Shown: positions 35,877-45,009, counted from the stretch's first letter. The stretch: DNA of 51,504 nt from Candidatus Woesearchaeota archaeon (GCA_043818535.1 JBDRFS010000033.1:1-51504); one strand, 5' to 3'. The notes: generated by a model not told the origin, from the sequence alone. Translations and numbers: made by a program.

Positions 35877-37169
35877 ATGGATGCTTTTAGCCTTAAGGTC
35901 ATCACTGCGGCAGTCTTTATCCTTGTCTATCTCCTCATAGTCCTGTACTACAGGCTGAAGGCGTGGATAATATGGGGGGGGGTCGCTGCTATGCTCCTCA
36001 TAGGGGCGGTTACGCTGAGGACGGCATTCAGCTCCATAAACTGGGATGTGATAGGGATATATGTAGGGATGCTGTTCATAGCAGAGGCTTTAGTTATATC
36101 CAAGGTTCCTGACTATCTTGCCATATGGGTAACAAACAAGTCAAGCAAGGTATGGAGCGCCATGCTGCTTGTGTGCATGTTTACAGGCATACTCTCAATA
36201 GTTGTGGAGAACGTGGCCTGCGTGCTTATCGTGGCTCCAATAATCTTCTCCATAGCAAAGAGGATAAAAGTGTCCCCAATACCGATGATAATAGGCGCTG
36301 CTGTCTCCTCAAACTTGCAGGGCGTTGCTACGCTTATAGGGGACCCTCCGAGCATGCTGCTTGCCTCTCACGCAAAGCTTACGTTTAATGACTTCTTCTT
36401 CTTCCAAGGCAAGCTGGGGCTGTTCTTTGCAGTGCAGATAGGCATGATTGCATCGCTGTTCGTGCTTTACTTTTTCTTCAGAAAGTACAGCCATCACGTG
36501 GGCGACTTCAAGGAAGCAAAGGTAAAGAGCCTGTTTCCTGCACTTATGCTGCTTTCAATGATAGTGGCACTCGCAGTTGCCTCCTTCTTTAATGGCGGCC
36601 GCTTCCGCTATTCTTCTGGCGCCGTATGCCTTATTTTTGGAGCAATATGCCTGGTATGGATTATAAGGAGGCTGAGGAAGGCAAAACAGAGCGTGTACGC
36701 CACGCTTAAGGACATGGACTGGATAACCGCGCTGTTCATCCTAGCAATATTCATCGTGGTTGACTCGCTTACGCAGACCGGAATAATAAAGGACCTCGCA
36801 CTGCTTATCTACAGTATAACTGGAAGCAGCGTGTTTTTCGCCTTCGTCCTCATAGTAATAATTTCAGTGTTCCTTTCTGCATTTGTTGACAATGTGCCTT
36901 ACATCGTTGCGATGCTTCCTGTCACGCAGATTGTTGCTGAGCAGGCTGCTGTGTCGCCATATGTGCTTTATTTCGGGCTTCTCATTGGCGCGAGCGTTGG
37001 AGGCAACATAACGCCCATAGGGGCTTCTGCAAACATTGTAGGGGTTGGGCTTCTTAACAAGAAGGGCTATCACACCTCATTCTGGGATTTCGTGAAGATA
37101 GGGCTGCCTTTTACTCTTATTTCTGTTGCCGCTTCGGCAGCGTTCGTATGGCTGATGTACGGGTTTTGA
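35877..37169 (+). CDS. ArsB/NhaD-superfamily (citrate-transporter-like) anion permease
   Basis: A roughly 430-aa polytopic membrane protein. LQGVATLIGDPPSMLLAS and GASANIVGVGLL resemble the two hairpin motifs of the ArsB/NhaD permease fold. The start was set at ATG 35877 (the tracked ORF begins at a TTG). Confidence 0.6.
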   Translation: MDAFSLKVITAAVFILVYLLIVLYYRLKAWIIWGGVAAMLLIGAVTLRTAFSSINWDVIGIYVGMLFIAEALVISKVPDYLAIWVTNKSSKVWSAMLLVCMFTGILSIVVENVACVLIVAPIIFSIAKRIKVSPIPMIIGAAVSSNLQGVATLIGDPPSMLLASHAKLTFNDFFFFQGKLGLFFAVQIGMIASLFVLYFFFRKYSHHVGDFKEAKVKSLFPALMLLSMIVALAVASFFNGGRFRYSSGAVCLIFGAICLVWIIRRLRKAKQSVYATLKDMDWITALFILAIFIVVDSLTQTGIIKDLALLIYSITGSSVFFAFVLIVIISVFLSAFVDNVPYIVAMLPVTQIVAEQAAVSPYVLYFGLLIGASVGGNITPIGASANIVGVGLLNKKGYHTSFWDFVKIGLPFTLISVAASAAFVWLMYGF

Positions 37170-37260
37170 AAGTGCTTTATCAGTTTAGTTCGAAGACGCT
37201 GAAGCTTTACTCAAAAGCAGTGAATTGCTATTCGGAATTTGCCAAGAAGAATTCATGACA

Positions 37261-39423
37261 CTAAAGCTTTTTCCTCTTCAGCAGCAATGAATTTGTAACA
37301 ACGCTTACTGAGCTGAGGGCCATAGCTGCTCCTGCAATCATAGGGTTCAAAAGCCATCCTGTGAACGGGTACAATAATCCAGCAGCTATAGGTATGCCAA
37401 GAGAGTTGTAGAACAATGCCCAGAACATATTCTGCCTTATCTTCGACATTGTAAGCCTGCTAAGCTTTATTGCCTTTGAAACATCAAGAAGGCTGTTTCT
37501 CATCAGGACTATGCTTCCTGTTTCCATTGCAACATCGGTTCCAGAGCCCATTGCTATGCCAATGTCTGCTTGCGCCAAAGCAGGAGCGTCATTTATCCCA
37601 TCTCCAACCATGCACACCTTGCCCTTTTTCTGAAGCTTTTTGACATAACTGGCTTTATCCTCAGGCAATACTTCAGCAAAGAAATTACTTATGCCCGCCT
37701 TGTTTGCGATTGCTTCAGCTGTAACATTGTTGTCGCCTGTGATCATATAGACTTCTATGCCAAGCTCTTTCAGTTTTCTTACAGCTTCAGCAGAGTCTTC
37801 CTTTATTGCATCAGCAACAGCTACGATTCCTAAGACTCCTTTCGTGTCAGAGAGCAGCATAGCAGTCTTCCCTTCTCTTTCTAATTTAATGATATTATCT
37901 TTAGCAGCCGCGATGCTTATTTTATTCCTTTTCATGAGCTTTGCATTGCCAAGATAGTAGCTCCTCATCCCGAGCTTTGCTGTAACGCCATGGCCAGGGA
38001 CCGCTTTGAAATTTCTTGCAAGCTTAACTCTTCCCCTTGCCTTTTTAACGATTGCATCTGCAAGCGGATGCTCAGAGCCTTTTTCTATGCTTGCCGCAAT
38101 TGTAAGAATCTCGCTTTCCTTAAGCTTTCCTAGCGAAACAACATCTGTAACCTCAGGCTGCCCTTTTGTTATTGTCCCGGTCTTGTCAAATATGATATAC
38201 TTAAGCTTATGCGCAGTCTCTAACGCTTCCCCCCCTTTTATTAAGATGCCTGCTTTTGCTCCCTTCCCTGTACCTACCATTATTGCTGTGGGGGTTGCCA
38301 AGCCCAATGCGCAAGGGCACGCTATAACCAAGACTGCAACCGCTGCAATCAATGCAAAAGAGAACTCTGCAGCAAAATACCAGACCAAGAAAGTAAGGAC
38401 AGATATGCCCAGAACTGCTGGCACGAAATATGCTGAAACTTTGTCTGCAAACCTCTGTATGGGAGCCTTTGAGCCTTGTGCTTCCTCAACGAGCTTTATT
38501 ATCCTTGATAGGGTTGTATTTTCTCCCACATTTGTTGCCTTAAAGCTGAAGCTGCCGTACTTGTTGATTGTAGCGCCTATTACTTTATCACCCTTCTTCT
38601 TTTCAACCGGAATGCTCTCACCGGTGACCATGCTCTCGTCTATTGAAGTGTTGCCCTCTACTAAGATGCCGTCCACTGGAATTTTTTCTCCCGGCTTAAC
38701 AAGAACTATGTCCCCAACTTTAACATCGTCAATATTTATTTTCATTTCCTTCCCATTTCTTATTACAGTAGCAGTTTTCGGGCTCAGAGTCATAAGCTTC
38801 TGTATGGCCTCTGAAGTCCTTCCCCTTGCCGCAGCTTCAAGCAGCCTTCCAAGTATCACTACTGTTATCAATACTGCTGAAGCTTCAAAGTACTGGTGTG
38901 AGGAAGGAGAGAAAAGCACAACGTAAACGCTGTAGAAGTATGCGGATGAAGTGCCCATAGCTATAAGGGTGTCCATGTTTGCTGAAAAGTTCCTCAATGC
39001 TGCAAATGCCCCTCTGTAAAACTGGAATCCTACAAAGAACTGGACAGGTGTTGCAAGTGCCCACATTATGTAGGGCTGATACGGGACAGGAGTTTTTGTA
39101 AAAAACATCCCAAGTATGAAAACAGGGACAGCGAATATTGCGCTTATTAGGAACAATATCTTCATCCTTCTTATCTCATCTTTCTTAACTAAATAAGAAT
39201 GACTGTGTGCTGCTTCATGCTCTGCCCCATAGCCCAAGGATTTTATAATTCCTATTATCTTATTCTCAGAAACTTTTTTTGGATCAAACTTAACAGTGGC
39301 TGTTTCAGTGGCAAGGTTTACATTTGAATATGATATGCCCTCATGCTTAGCTAGCTTTTTGTCTATGAGCGTGGCGCAGCTTTGGCAGTGCATCCCATTT
39401 ATCTTTAGGCTTACTTTCTTCAT
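37261..39423 (-). CDS. copA: Copper-translocating P1B-type ATPase
   Basis: N-terminal HMA domain [15 protein letters not shown] motif ([11 protein letters not shown]), DKTGT, HP-type nucleotide-binding region and GDGINDAP. Confidence 0.93.
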   Translation of the reverse strand: MKKVSLKINGMHCQSCATLIDKKLAKHEGISYSNVNLATETATVKFDPKKVSENKIIGIIKSLGYGAEHEAAHSHSYLVKKDEIRRMKILFLISAIFAVPVFILGMFFTKTPVPYQPYIMWALATPVQFFVGFQFYRGAFAALRNFSANMDTLIAMGTSSAYFYSVYVVLFSPSSHQYFEASAVLITVVILGRLLEAAARGRTSEAIQKLMTLSPKTATVIRNGKEMKINIDDVKVGDIVLVKPGEKIPVDGILVEGNTSIDESMVTGESIPVEKKKGDKVIGATINKYGSFSFKATNVGENTTLSRIIKLVEEAQGSKAPIQRFADKVSAYFVPAVLGISVLTFLVWYFAAEFSFALIAAVAVLVIACPCALGLATPTAIMVGTGKGAKAGILIKGGEALETAHKLKYIIFDKTGTITKGQPEVTDVVSLGKLKESEILTIAASIEKGSEHPLADAIVKKARGRVKLARNFKAVPGHGVTAKLGMRSYYLGNAKLMKRNKISIAAAKDNIIKLEREGKTAMLLSDTKGVLGIVAVADAIKEDSAEAVRKLKELGIEVYMITGDNNVTAEAIANKAGISNFFAEVLPEDKASYVKKLQKKGKVCMVGDGINDAPALAQADIGIAMGSGTDVAMETGSIVLMRNSLLDVSKAIKLSRLTMSKIRQNMFWALFYNSLGIPIAAGLLYPFTGWLLNPMIAGAAMALSSVSVVTNSLLLKRKKL

Positions 39424-39441
39424 CTGTTAGCTTCCTCTTTT

Positions 39442-39819
39442 TTAAGGGTGGCTGTTTTTATCACCTGGGTTGTATATATCTCTATCTTGATAGGGATTGG
39501 AATCTCCATTCTTCCATGTCCCATTCTCGTCTCCAAGCTCCCAGCCGTTGCTTTTGCCATCTCCGTCAGAATCCTTTTTTGCTAAAGCGCCACCCCATTT
39601 CATTTCGTTGGCCTTGAAATCTGCACCAAAAAGGTTGAGGTTGTCTGCTTTGTAACCGCCCGAATTGTGGCAGGTCTTACAGCTATACGCCTTTCCGTTC
39701 GGTATGTCTTTTATGCAGGTTGGCTTTGCCCGTCCACCCGTAGCTGCTGTTAAGCCTAGCAGAAGGCAGAGTCCTCCGGCAAAAAGTACGCCTTGCTTCA
39801 ATTTTTTTACTAAATTCAT
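39442..39819 (-). CDS. Small secreted protein with CxxCH motif and DxDxDG calcium-binding-like repeat
   Basis: 125 aa. It has an N-terminal signal-like segment, SCKTCH and DSDGDGKSNGWELGDENG. An SD aggagg precedes the ATG. It sits between the HMA-membrane fusion and copA. Confidence 0.5.
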   Translation of the reverse strand: MNLVKKLKQGVLFAGGLCLLLGLTAATGGRAKPTCIKDIPNGKAYSCKTCHNSGGYKADNLNLFGADFKANEMKWGGALAKKDSDGDGKSNGWELGDENGTWKNGDSNPYQDRDIYNPGDKNSHP

Positions 39820-39873
39820 TTTTCCTCCTAAATTTATTATTCTCTTTAACTATTTAATATTTCACTTATTGCA

Positions 39874-41313
39874 TTAACTTGCTCCACATCCTCCCCCACA
39901 CCCTCCGCCGCATCCGCCCCCGCAGCCTCCGCCGCAAGAGCCTTTTGGCTGTTCAACATTGCCTAGTTCTTCTTTTATTTCATTTATGTTAGTCACATCA
40001 TCCTTGACCATGAAAACCCCTGGAATCATGCCCATCCAGCAGCTCCATGGGATGACACCTTCTTCTTCAGGAGTGAATTCTATAACCTGCTCGCCTTTCT
40101 TGATATCAAAATTTAAACCTAGCTTTGGGACCTGTATTGCGTTGTTGCAGCCGTTTATCTCTTTCCCGTTAATGACCCATCTCACAGGAACGCCTTTCTT
40201 TAACACAAACTTGTCGGGTTCCCATCCGTATCTTACTACATCCATCCTTATCTCCTGGTAGCCCTGATTCATTGCAATAAAGCTGTCATCAGAAAGCTCT
40301 TTTGCAAAAGAGCCAGTTATGAGCGTATTATAATCATAGCCTGAGCCGGTAAGTGCAAAGCCCCTGTTAATCATAATAATGCCAAGTATCATCACAAGCA
40401 CCCCGGATGCTTTTAATATCTTGTTTGTAAGCTGGGAGCTTATCACTGATGTTAGTACCCCAAATCCAAGCATTACTGGAAGCGTGCCTAATGCAAAAAC
40501 TGCTAAGGCGATTGCCCCCTTAATAATGCTGCCAGTCCCTGCTGCATAGATGTATATTGCCAATAAAGGACCGCATGCAATCATGAAGCCGTTAAGCAGG
40601 CCAGTAACTAAAGGAGCCGTGTTACGACCTAGCTTACGGTTTATAAATGAAGGTGTTTGAGGCTGGAGTTTTCTCAACAAGGGAAAAATGTCAAGCATCT
40701 TAAGGCCAAAAGCTAAAAGGAAAATCCCTGCAAGGATAGCAATAATGCCCCTTAGCTTAGGAGTGAACACCACTAACGAGCCTATAAGGCCAAATAATGC
40801 TCCAAATGATGCATATGAGATTATCTTTCCTATGCCGTAGGACACATGTGACTTGAGGTTAAGACCTTTTTTCTTCATGGAACCTTTTGCAGAGTAAGAT
40901 ACAATAAATCCCCCGCACATTGCAATGCAGTGGAATCCTGTAAGAAGTCCAATAAGGAATATAATCACAAGGGATGTTTCAGCGCCAAGCTCTGGCAGGG
41001 TAAGCCTGTAAGCGCCCTTAAGTATAAGATAGGCTCCTGCAAGCGCAACAACTATGGCAGTTGCAATTGCATAATTCCTATTCTTCCTTTTCAGCTTTTC
41101 TTCTTCATCTGTGCAAGAGTATCCTTTCTCATTTACTATTTTGCAGAGCCTTTCATAACTGGTTCTTTCCGGATCAAATGAGACTACGCATTTACCGGAT
41201 GCATAATCAGCAGTGCAGCTTCTGACACCTTCTTCTTCAATGATGCTGCTTTCAATAATCTTCTCGCAGCTGCTGCAGTGCATCCCCTCAACATCTAAAA
41301 CTGTTTTTGCCAT
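39874..41313 (-). CDS. HMA domain - TauE/SafE- or DsbD_2-like membrane domain - cupredoxin-like domain fusion with a (CGGG)n tail
   Basis: N-terminal GMHCSSCEKI (HMA). About 6 TM segments with GFHCIAMCGGF. The C-terminal beta-rich domain ends IPWSCWMGMIPGVFMV (a cupredoxin-like C-x-M-G-M ligand motif). The last 22 residues are GSCGGGCGGGCGGGCGGGCGAS. Confidence 0.6.
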   Translation of the reverse strand: MAKTVLDVEGMHCSSCEKIIESSIIEEEGVRSCTADYASGKCVVSFDPERTSYERLCKIVNEKGYSCTDEEEKLKRKNRNYAIATAIVVALAGAYLILKGAYRLTLPELGAETSLVIIFLIGLLTGFHCIAMCGGFIVSYSAKGSMKKKGLNLKSHVSYGIGKIISYASFGALFGLIGSLVVFTPKLRGIIAILAGIFLLAFGLKMLDIFPLLRKLQPQTPSFINRKLGRNTAPLVTGLLNGFMIACGPLLAIYIYAAGTGSIIKGAIALAVFALGTLPVMLGFGVLTSVISSQLTNKILKASGVLVMILGIIMINRGFALTGSGYDYNTLITGSFAKELSDDSFIAMNQGYQEIRMDVVRYGWEPDKFVLKKGVPVRWVINGKEINGCNNAIQVPKLGLNFDIKKGEQVIEFTPEEEGVIPWSCWMGMIPGVFMVKDDVTNINEIKEELGNVEQPKGSCGGGCGGGCGGGCGGGCGAS

Positions 41314-41331
41314 AGCAGATAAGAGAATTGA

Positions 41332-41349
41332 AACCCCTTATAAGGGGTT
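41332..41349. promoter_or_regulatory. Perfect 18-bp palindrome overlapping the promoter of the HMA-fusion/copA transcription unit (candidate operator)
   Basis: aaccccttataaggggtt lies 19-36 nt upstream of the ATG at 41313, with TTATAA at its centre. A second 14-bp palindrome tgaaactagtttca is at 41353-41366. Confidence 0.45.
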
Positions 41350-41363
41350 GTATGAAACTAGTT

Positions 41364-41849
41364 TCACTGCTTTAATATAACAACGTTGGTCATTCCGCGC
41401 CTTCTCCTCTCTATAATGCCCTTCCCCTCCAGCTTATCCAGGATTCTTGTCATCTTCACTTTTGTAAGCCCTGTCTTGTCCACAAGATCTGACTGGAAGA
41501 TTGTGCCTTCGGCTTTCACTACTTGCTTTATGACTGTTTTTTCATCTCCCTTAAGTTTTCTGACGATTGCTGAGTAATCCTTCTTTTTTTCCTTCTTCCT
41601 TATTGTCTTTATCACTATCTTCTCGTCCCTCCCAAAGAAGACAAGATAGATTCCTATAAGTGCTACAACGACTGTGATGCCGATGCTAACATTTGTGTGA
41701 AAGTTTATAGTGCCCCACATAGGGCATTCTGGCCCATGGGAGCAAGCGGTATTTACTATATCCGTAAGTGCCTTGTTGAAGGAATAGACAATAAAAGCTA
41801 TAAGTATAGCCACTCCAATAATTATGTATCCGACAATCCTGTTTTTCAT
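41364..41849 (-). CDS. Membrane-anchored winged-helix transcriptional regulator with extracytoplasmic Cys motif
   Basis: It has two TM segments flanking ACSHGPECPMWG, then a C-terminal MarR/TrmB-like wHTH (TIFQSDLVDKTGLTKVKMTRILDKLEGKGIIERRRRG). Confidence 0.55.
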   Translation of the reverse strand: MKNRIVGYIIIGVAILIAFIVYSFNKALTDIVNTACSHGPECPMWGTINFHTNVSIGITVVVALIGIYLVFFGRDEKIVIKTIRKKEKKKDYSAIVRKLKGDEKTVIKQVVKAEGTIFQSDLVDKTGLTKVKMTRILDKLEGKGIIERRRRGMTNVVILKQ

Positions 41850-41889
41850 GCTATTGTCTTACTGCCAGTTTTTTTAAACCTTACGGATT

Positions 41890-42381
41890 TCAAGCTCTTT
41901 TATTGAAACTTTCAGATTTAATGAAAGAAATAAGCGAGACTATTGAAAGCACAAGTATTGTGGCTATGAATATTGCGGAAGTGACGCACAGCGGGCATAT
42001 CGCATGCAGGACATAGACTTCTATGTATGTGAGGAAGAGAGAGAACATGAACGCTGCTAGTACTAGGAGGAAAACTGAGTAGTAGACGTCCCTTGTCCTG
42101 ATCTTCCTATGTACCTTTGAGAAGTCAATGTCTTTCAGGAGCAAGAGTGATAATATGAGGAATGCTATGTATCCTATAACTCCAAGTAAAGCTACTGGTA
42201 TTCCAAACATCTTAGAGTATTCACTCCTGTTGACAATGTCGCAGCTTACCTGCTCGTTTATGTCGCAGAAGCTCTCGTGGCTCACCTTGTAGTGCGCGTA
42301 TGTCTGGTAGGATGAGAGGATTATTCCTGATACTGCTATCAAGGCTATGAGCATGAGGCAGATGTTTATTGTCCTTTTCAT
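41890..42381 (-). CDS. Vitamin K epoxide reductase (VKOR) family thiol oxidoreductase
   Basis: Four TM segments, a loop Cys pair (CDINEQVSCD) and the CPLC active-site motif in the last helix. The start was set at ATG 42381 (the tracked ORF begins at a GTG 3 nt upstream). Confidence 0.6.
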   Translation of the reverse strand: MKRTINICLMLIALIAVSGIILSSYQTYAHYKVSHESFCDINEQVSCDIVNRSEYSKMFGIPVALLGVIGYIAFLILSLLLLKDIDFSKVHRKIRTRDVYYSVFLLVLAAFMFSLFLTYIEVYVLHAICPLCVTSAIFIATILVLSIVSLISFIKSESFNKRA

Positions 42382-42402
42382 CACATTTTAATTCAGCGCA
42401 AG

Positions 42403-42414
42403 GCTTATATAAGC
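42403..42414. promoter_or_regulatory. Palindromic shared TATA box for the divergent VKOR and DUF1461-like genes
   Basis: gcttatataagc is a perfect 12-bp palindrome, 22 nt from the VKOR ATG and 20 nt from the ATG at 42434. Confidence 0.45.
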
Positions 42415-42433
42415 TTTTTCCTTTTGGTTAACT

Positions 42434-43054
42434 ATGAAGATTCTTAAGGTGCTTCTGGTGCTCATGATGCCTGTTATGGTATTGCTTTTTAGCTCTATGG
42501 CAATCATTATGGATGATGATTTCTTTTATGGCCAGTTTAACGAGAATGGTGTTTACTTGTCTGTGCCTGAGGCTGATGATGTTTACTATAATCTTTCTTT
42601 TTATCTGGTAAAGGGTGGGGAACTGGACCAGTCTTATTATTCGGAGACAGAGGTCAAGCATCTGGAGGATGTGAAGATCATTATTGGGACTGCATCCTAT
42701 CTTCTTGTTATACTCATAATATCTTCTATCTCTATTACAGCCTATCTTTTTGTCAGGAAGGACTATTCTGGTGCAGGCACATCTTTCTTTATTGGAGGCA
42801 TATTGTCTTTTGTGATATCTGTTGTGCTGGCTGCTTATGCGTATTTTTCCTTTAATGACTTCTTTTTAATGTTTCACCAGATAATGTTTAAGAATGATTT
42901 TTGGATGCTGCCTTCTTCTTCAATGCTGATAAGGCTTTTCCCGCAGGAGTTTTTCTTTGCTGCTGCGAAAAGGGTTGTTTTTAGCTGTATGCTTTTGTCT
43001 TCCTTTAGTGTTGTGAAGGGCATAGTGCTGAGGGTTTTGCCTAAGAAGCTTTAG
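42434..43054 (+). CDS. Integral membrane protein, TIGR01906/DUF1461-like
   Basis: An N-terminal TM segment, an extracytoplasmic stretch with ETEVKHLEDVK (E-x-x-H-M-x-D-V-like motif), then 3 TM segments. 206 aa. Confidence 0.45.
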   Translation: MKILKVLLVLMMPVMVLLFSSMAIIMDDDFFYGQFNENGVYLSVPEADDVYYNLSFYLVKGGELDQSYYSETEVKHLEDVKIIIGTASYLLVILIISSISITAYLFVRKDYSGAGTSFFIGGILSFVISVVLAAYAYFSFNDFFLMFHQIMFKNDFWMLPSSSMLIRLFPQEFFFAAAKRVVFSCMLLSSFSVVKGIVLRVLPKKL

Positions 43055-43124
43055 GAGCACGTTTTGTTTTGGTTTTTATTGTGGGTATGGGTCTAGGGAA
43101 GTCTATAAGAACTATTTATCCTGA

Positions 43125-43229
43125 CTAACAGTCGTTCCATCTCTCATCGTACTCATTGTCCCAAAGCTCTATCAGGCTGCTTGCTAATCCATGGTGGGAT
43201 TCCTTTTCTTGCTCTTTTTGTTTTTTCAT
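43125..43229 (-). CDS. Possible 34-aa small ORF (MKKQKEQEKESHHGLASSLIELWDNEYDERWNDC)
   Basis: It is below the ORF-track cutoff. On the minus strand the TATA-like ctttatatcc is followed by the ATG about 20 nt later. It may instead be non-coding repeat sequence (it contains agcagcctg). Confidence 0.2.
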   Translation of the reverse strand: MKKQKEQEKESHHGLASSLIELWDNEYDERWNDC

Positions 43230-43329
43230 GTTATTGTTGGTGGAGGTTGGATATAAAGCTTTCTGATAATTTTCGTGCTTTTTTTCGAAATGATACAGAA
43301 TTACGGTTTATTCTCGGAAAAGTGTGTCA

Positions 43330-43373
43330 AATACTCCCACACAAACAAAACCAACAACCCCGGCTTCTAACTA
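43330..43373 (-). repeat. Interspersed element (G/T-rich variant), minus orientation, starting at the pheT TAG stop
   Basis: Reverse complement reads tagttagaagccggggttgttggttttgtttgtgtggg. Nearly the same string occurs at 50980-51022 (plus) and 48751-48780 (minus). Confidence 0.6.
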
Positions 43374-45008
43374 AAGAACATCAAACAAATCACTCAAATT
43401 AAGCTCGAACCCAGCCACAGGAACCTCCAAGCCAAAATTCTCCAAAACCTCAGGGCTAACCTCGCCAATAAAAGCAACCTCTTTCCCCTTGACAGAAACC
43501 CTTCCAACCCTCCCTTCAATAAAAGAATCGTGATTAATTTCCTCAATAGTGTAATCAACGCCAAATGACCTCATAAGGACATCCAGTACCTGCTTCACTT
43601 CAGTAAAAGTAGCATTGTTATGCGCAGTAACCACAGCCAGCCTCTTGTAATCCTTCAAGTCCTTCTTCTTTGTAATCCAGCCAGCCTCAAACAGCCTCTG
43701 AGGATACTCAACATGCTTGTTCTTAGACAAAACATCAAGAAGCATTGGAAGAACCCATGTCCTTACAACAGAATAATGCTCTGTCATGTAGTGCTCAATC
43801 TCAACAGTGCCAAAGTCCTTTATGTTCATCTTTTCATAAAGAAGTTCCTTATTGGACAATATGGGGCTGAATATCTCCTGGTAGCCTAATCCTGAGATAA
43901 TATCCCTTGTGTTATTAATGAAGCCAGTGATAGGGAATGTCTCCCCAACTGTATAGCTCTCAAGAGGATGCTCGGGAATATTGTTGTAGCCGTACATTAT
44001 GGCTATCTCTTCAATCAGGTCCACAGGATGTATGATATCATGCCTGTAATCAGGGATAAAAGCCACGCCGTTCTTATAGCCGAACCTTGCCTTTTCAAGC
44101 AATTTCTTAACCTGGGCATCTGTGAGCTTTATTCCCAATCTTTCATTTACATCACTCAGCTTAAGCTTCATCTTCTCGTTAAAGCTGAAGGGGCATTTGA
44201 CCTTCTTGCTGCCATAGTCTGTTTCCACTTCAGATATCTGAAATCCTCGTTCAGCAAAAGTATAAGCAAATATGTTGGCAGCCAGCAATACTGCCCTTAA
44301 GTCGTTGCCCGTCGCTTCGAAAAACAAATCCTTGTCTCCAGCCTCAACCTTGCCAGAATAGTTTGAATTGATAATCGGCGGGAATGACAAAACTTCCTTG
44401 TTGCTGTCAATTAATATGGGGTACTTCTTTTGCCCCTTAAGGATCCAGGAGAACTCAATGCCTTTTGGATGCGTCTCCAGTATCTCGCCTAATGACATCT
44501 CCCTCTTGAACTCTAATGGCACAAACTTTATGCTTTCAGGCGCAACAGCCTTGTAGTGAACAGGAAACTTAATCTTCTTGTGGGAATACACGCCTATTGC
44601 AACATTTTCCCTTTTCCTCCCATAGCTCTGGCACAGCTTTTCCTGCAGCTGTATGAGCTGCTTTATCAGGTAATCGTCTACTTCCTTGCCGCGTGCAGTG
44701 AACGCAGCAACATAGGGCCTTACAGCAGAAACGCTCTTGTCCACTATTATCTTTTCAGGGGATTTCTTGACATTCAGCTTAGCCAAGCCCTTTTCCTTTC
44801 CTAAAATGCCCTTTAGCAGCCTTGCAAACCCTTCAACACTCCATAGGTAAGGCAGGTTAGTATCATCAAAGTTTACTTCAAGTTCACCCTTCTCTCCTCC
44901 TTTTACCTCTCCTTTTGCATAATCCACCAAGTCCTCAAGCTCTTTCAATGTAAGCTTCTTCCCCACAAGCTTATTGAGGTCATTTAGCTCGAAAGTTATT
45001 GTTGGCAT
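43371..45008 (-). CDS. pheT: Phenylalanyl-tRNA synthetase beta subunit (archaeal type)
   Basis: 545 aa with B3/4 and B5 domain order (MPTITFELNDL..., IPDYRHDIIHPVDLIEEIAIMYGYNNI). It lies directly downstream of pheS with a 1-nt gap. Confidence 0.9.
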   Translation of the reverse strand: MPTITFELNDLNKLVGKKLTLKELEDLVDYAKGEVKGGEKGELEVNFDDTNLPYLWSVEGFARLLKGILGKEKGLAKLNVKKSPEKIIVDKSVSAVRPYVAAFTARGKEVDDYLIKQLIQLQEKLCQSYGRKRENVAIGVYSHKKIKFPVHYKAVAPESIKFVPLEFKREMSLGEILETHPKGIEFSWILKGQKKYPILIDSNKEVLSFPPIINSNYSGKVEAGDKDLFFEATGNDLRAVLLAANIFAYTFAERGFQISEVETDYGSKKVKCPFSFNEKMKLKLSDVNERLGIKLTDAQVKKLLEKARFGYKNGVAFIPDYRHDIIHPVDLIEEIAIMYGYNNIPEHPLESYTVGETFPITGFINNTRDIISGLGYQEIFSPILSNKELLYEKMNIKDFGTVEIEHYMTEHYSVVRTWVLPMLLDVLSKNKHVEYPQRLFEAGWITKKKDLKDYKRLAVVTAHNNATFTEVKQVLDVLMRSFGVDYTIEEINHDSFIEGRVGRVSVKGKEVAFIGEVSPEVLENFGLEVPVAGFELNLSDLFDVL

Positions 45009-45009
45009 C

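Noticed and set aside
38006-38926. 306-aa plus-strand ORF antisense to copA. Similar long antisense ORFs occur at 14840..15325, 22296..22892, 26384..26842, 29516..30151, 31577..31996 and 32039..32431.
   Set aside because: Each is fully embedded antisense in a gene with strong family motifs. They have Ser/Leu/Phe-rich low-complexity translations typical of the reverse frame of Lys/Glu-rich genes.
43181-43402. 73-aa plus-strand ORF in the spacer before pheT.
   Set aside because: It runs into the pheT 3' end antisense and through repeat copies. Its sequence is Cys/Trp/Phe-rich and implausible, and it has no promoter.
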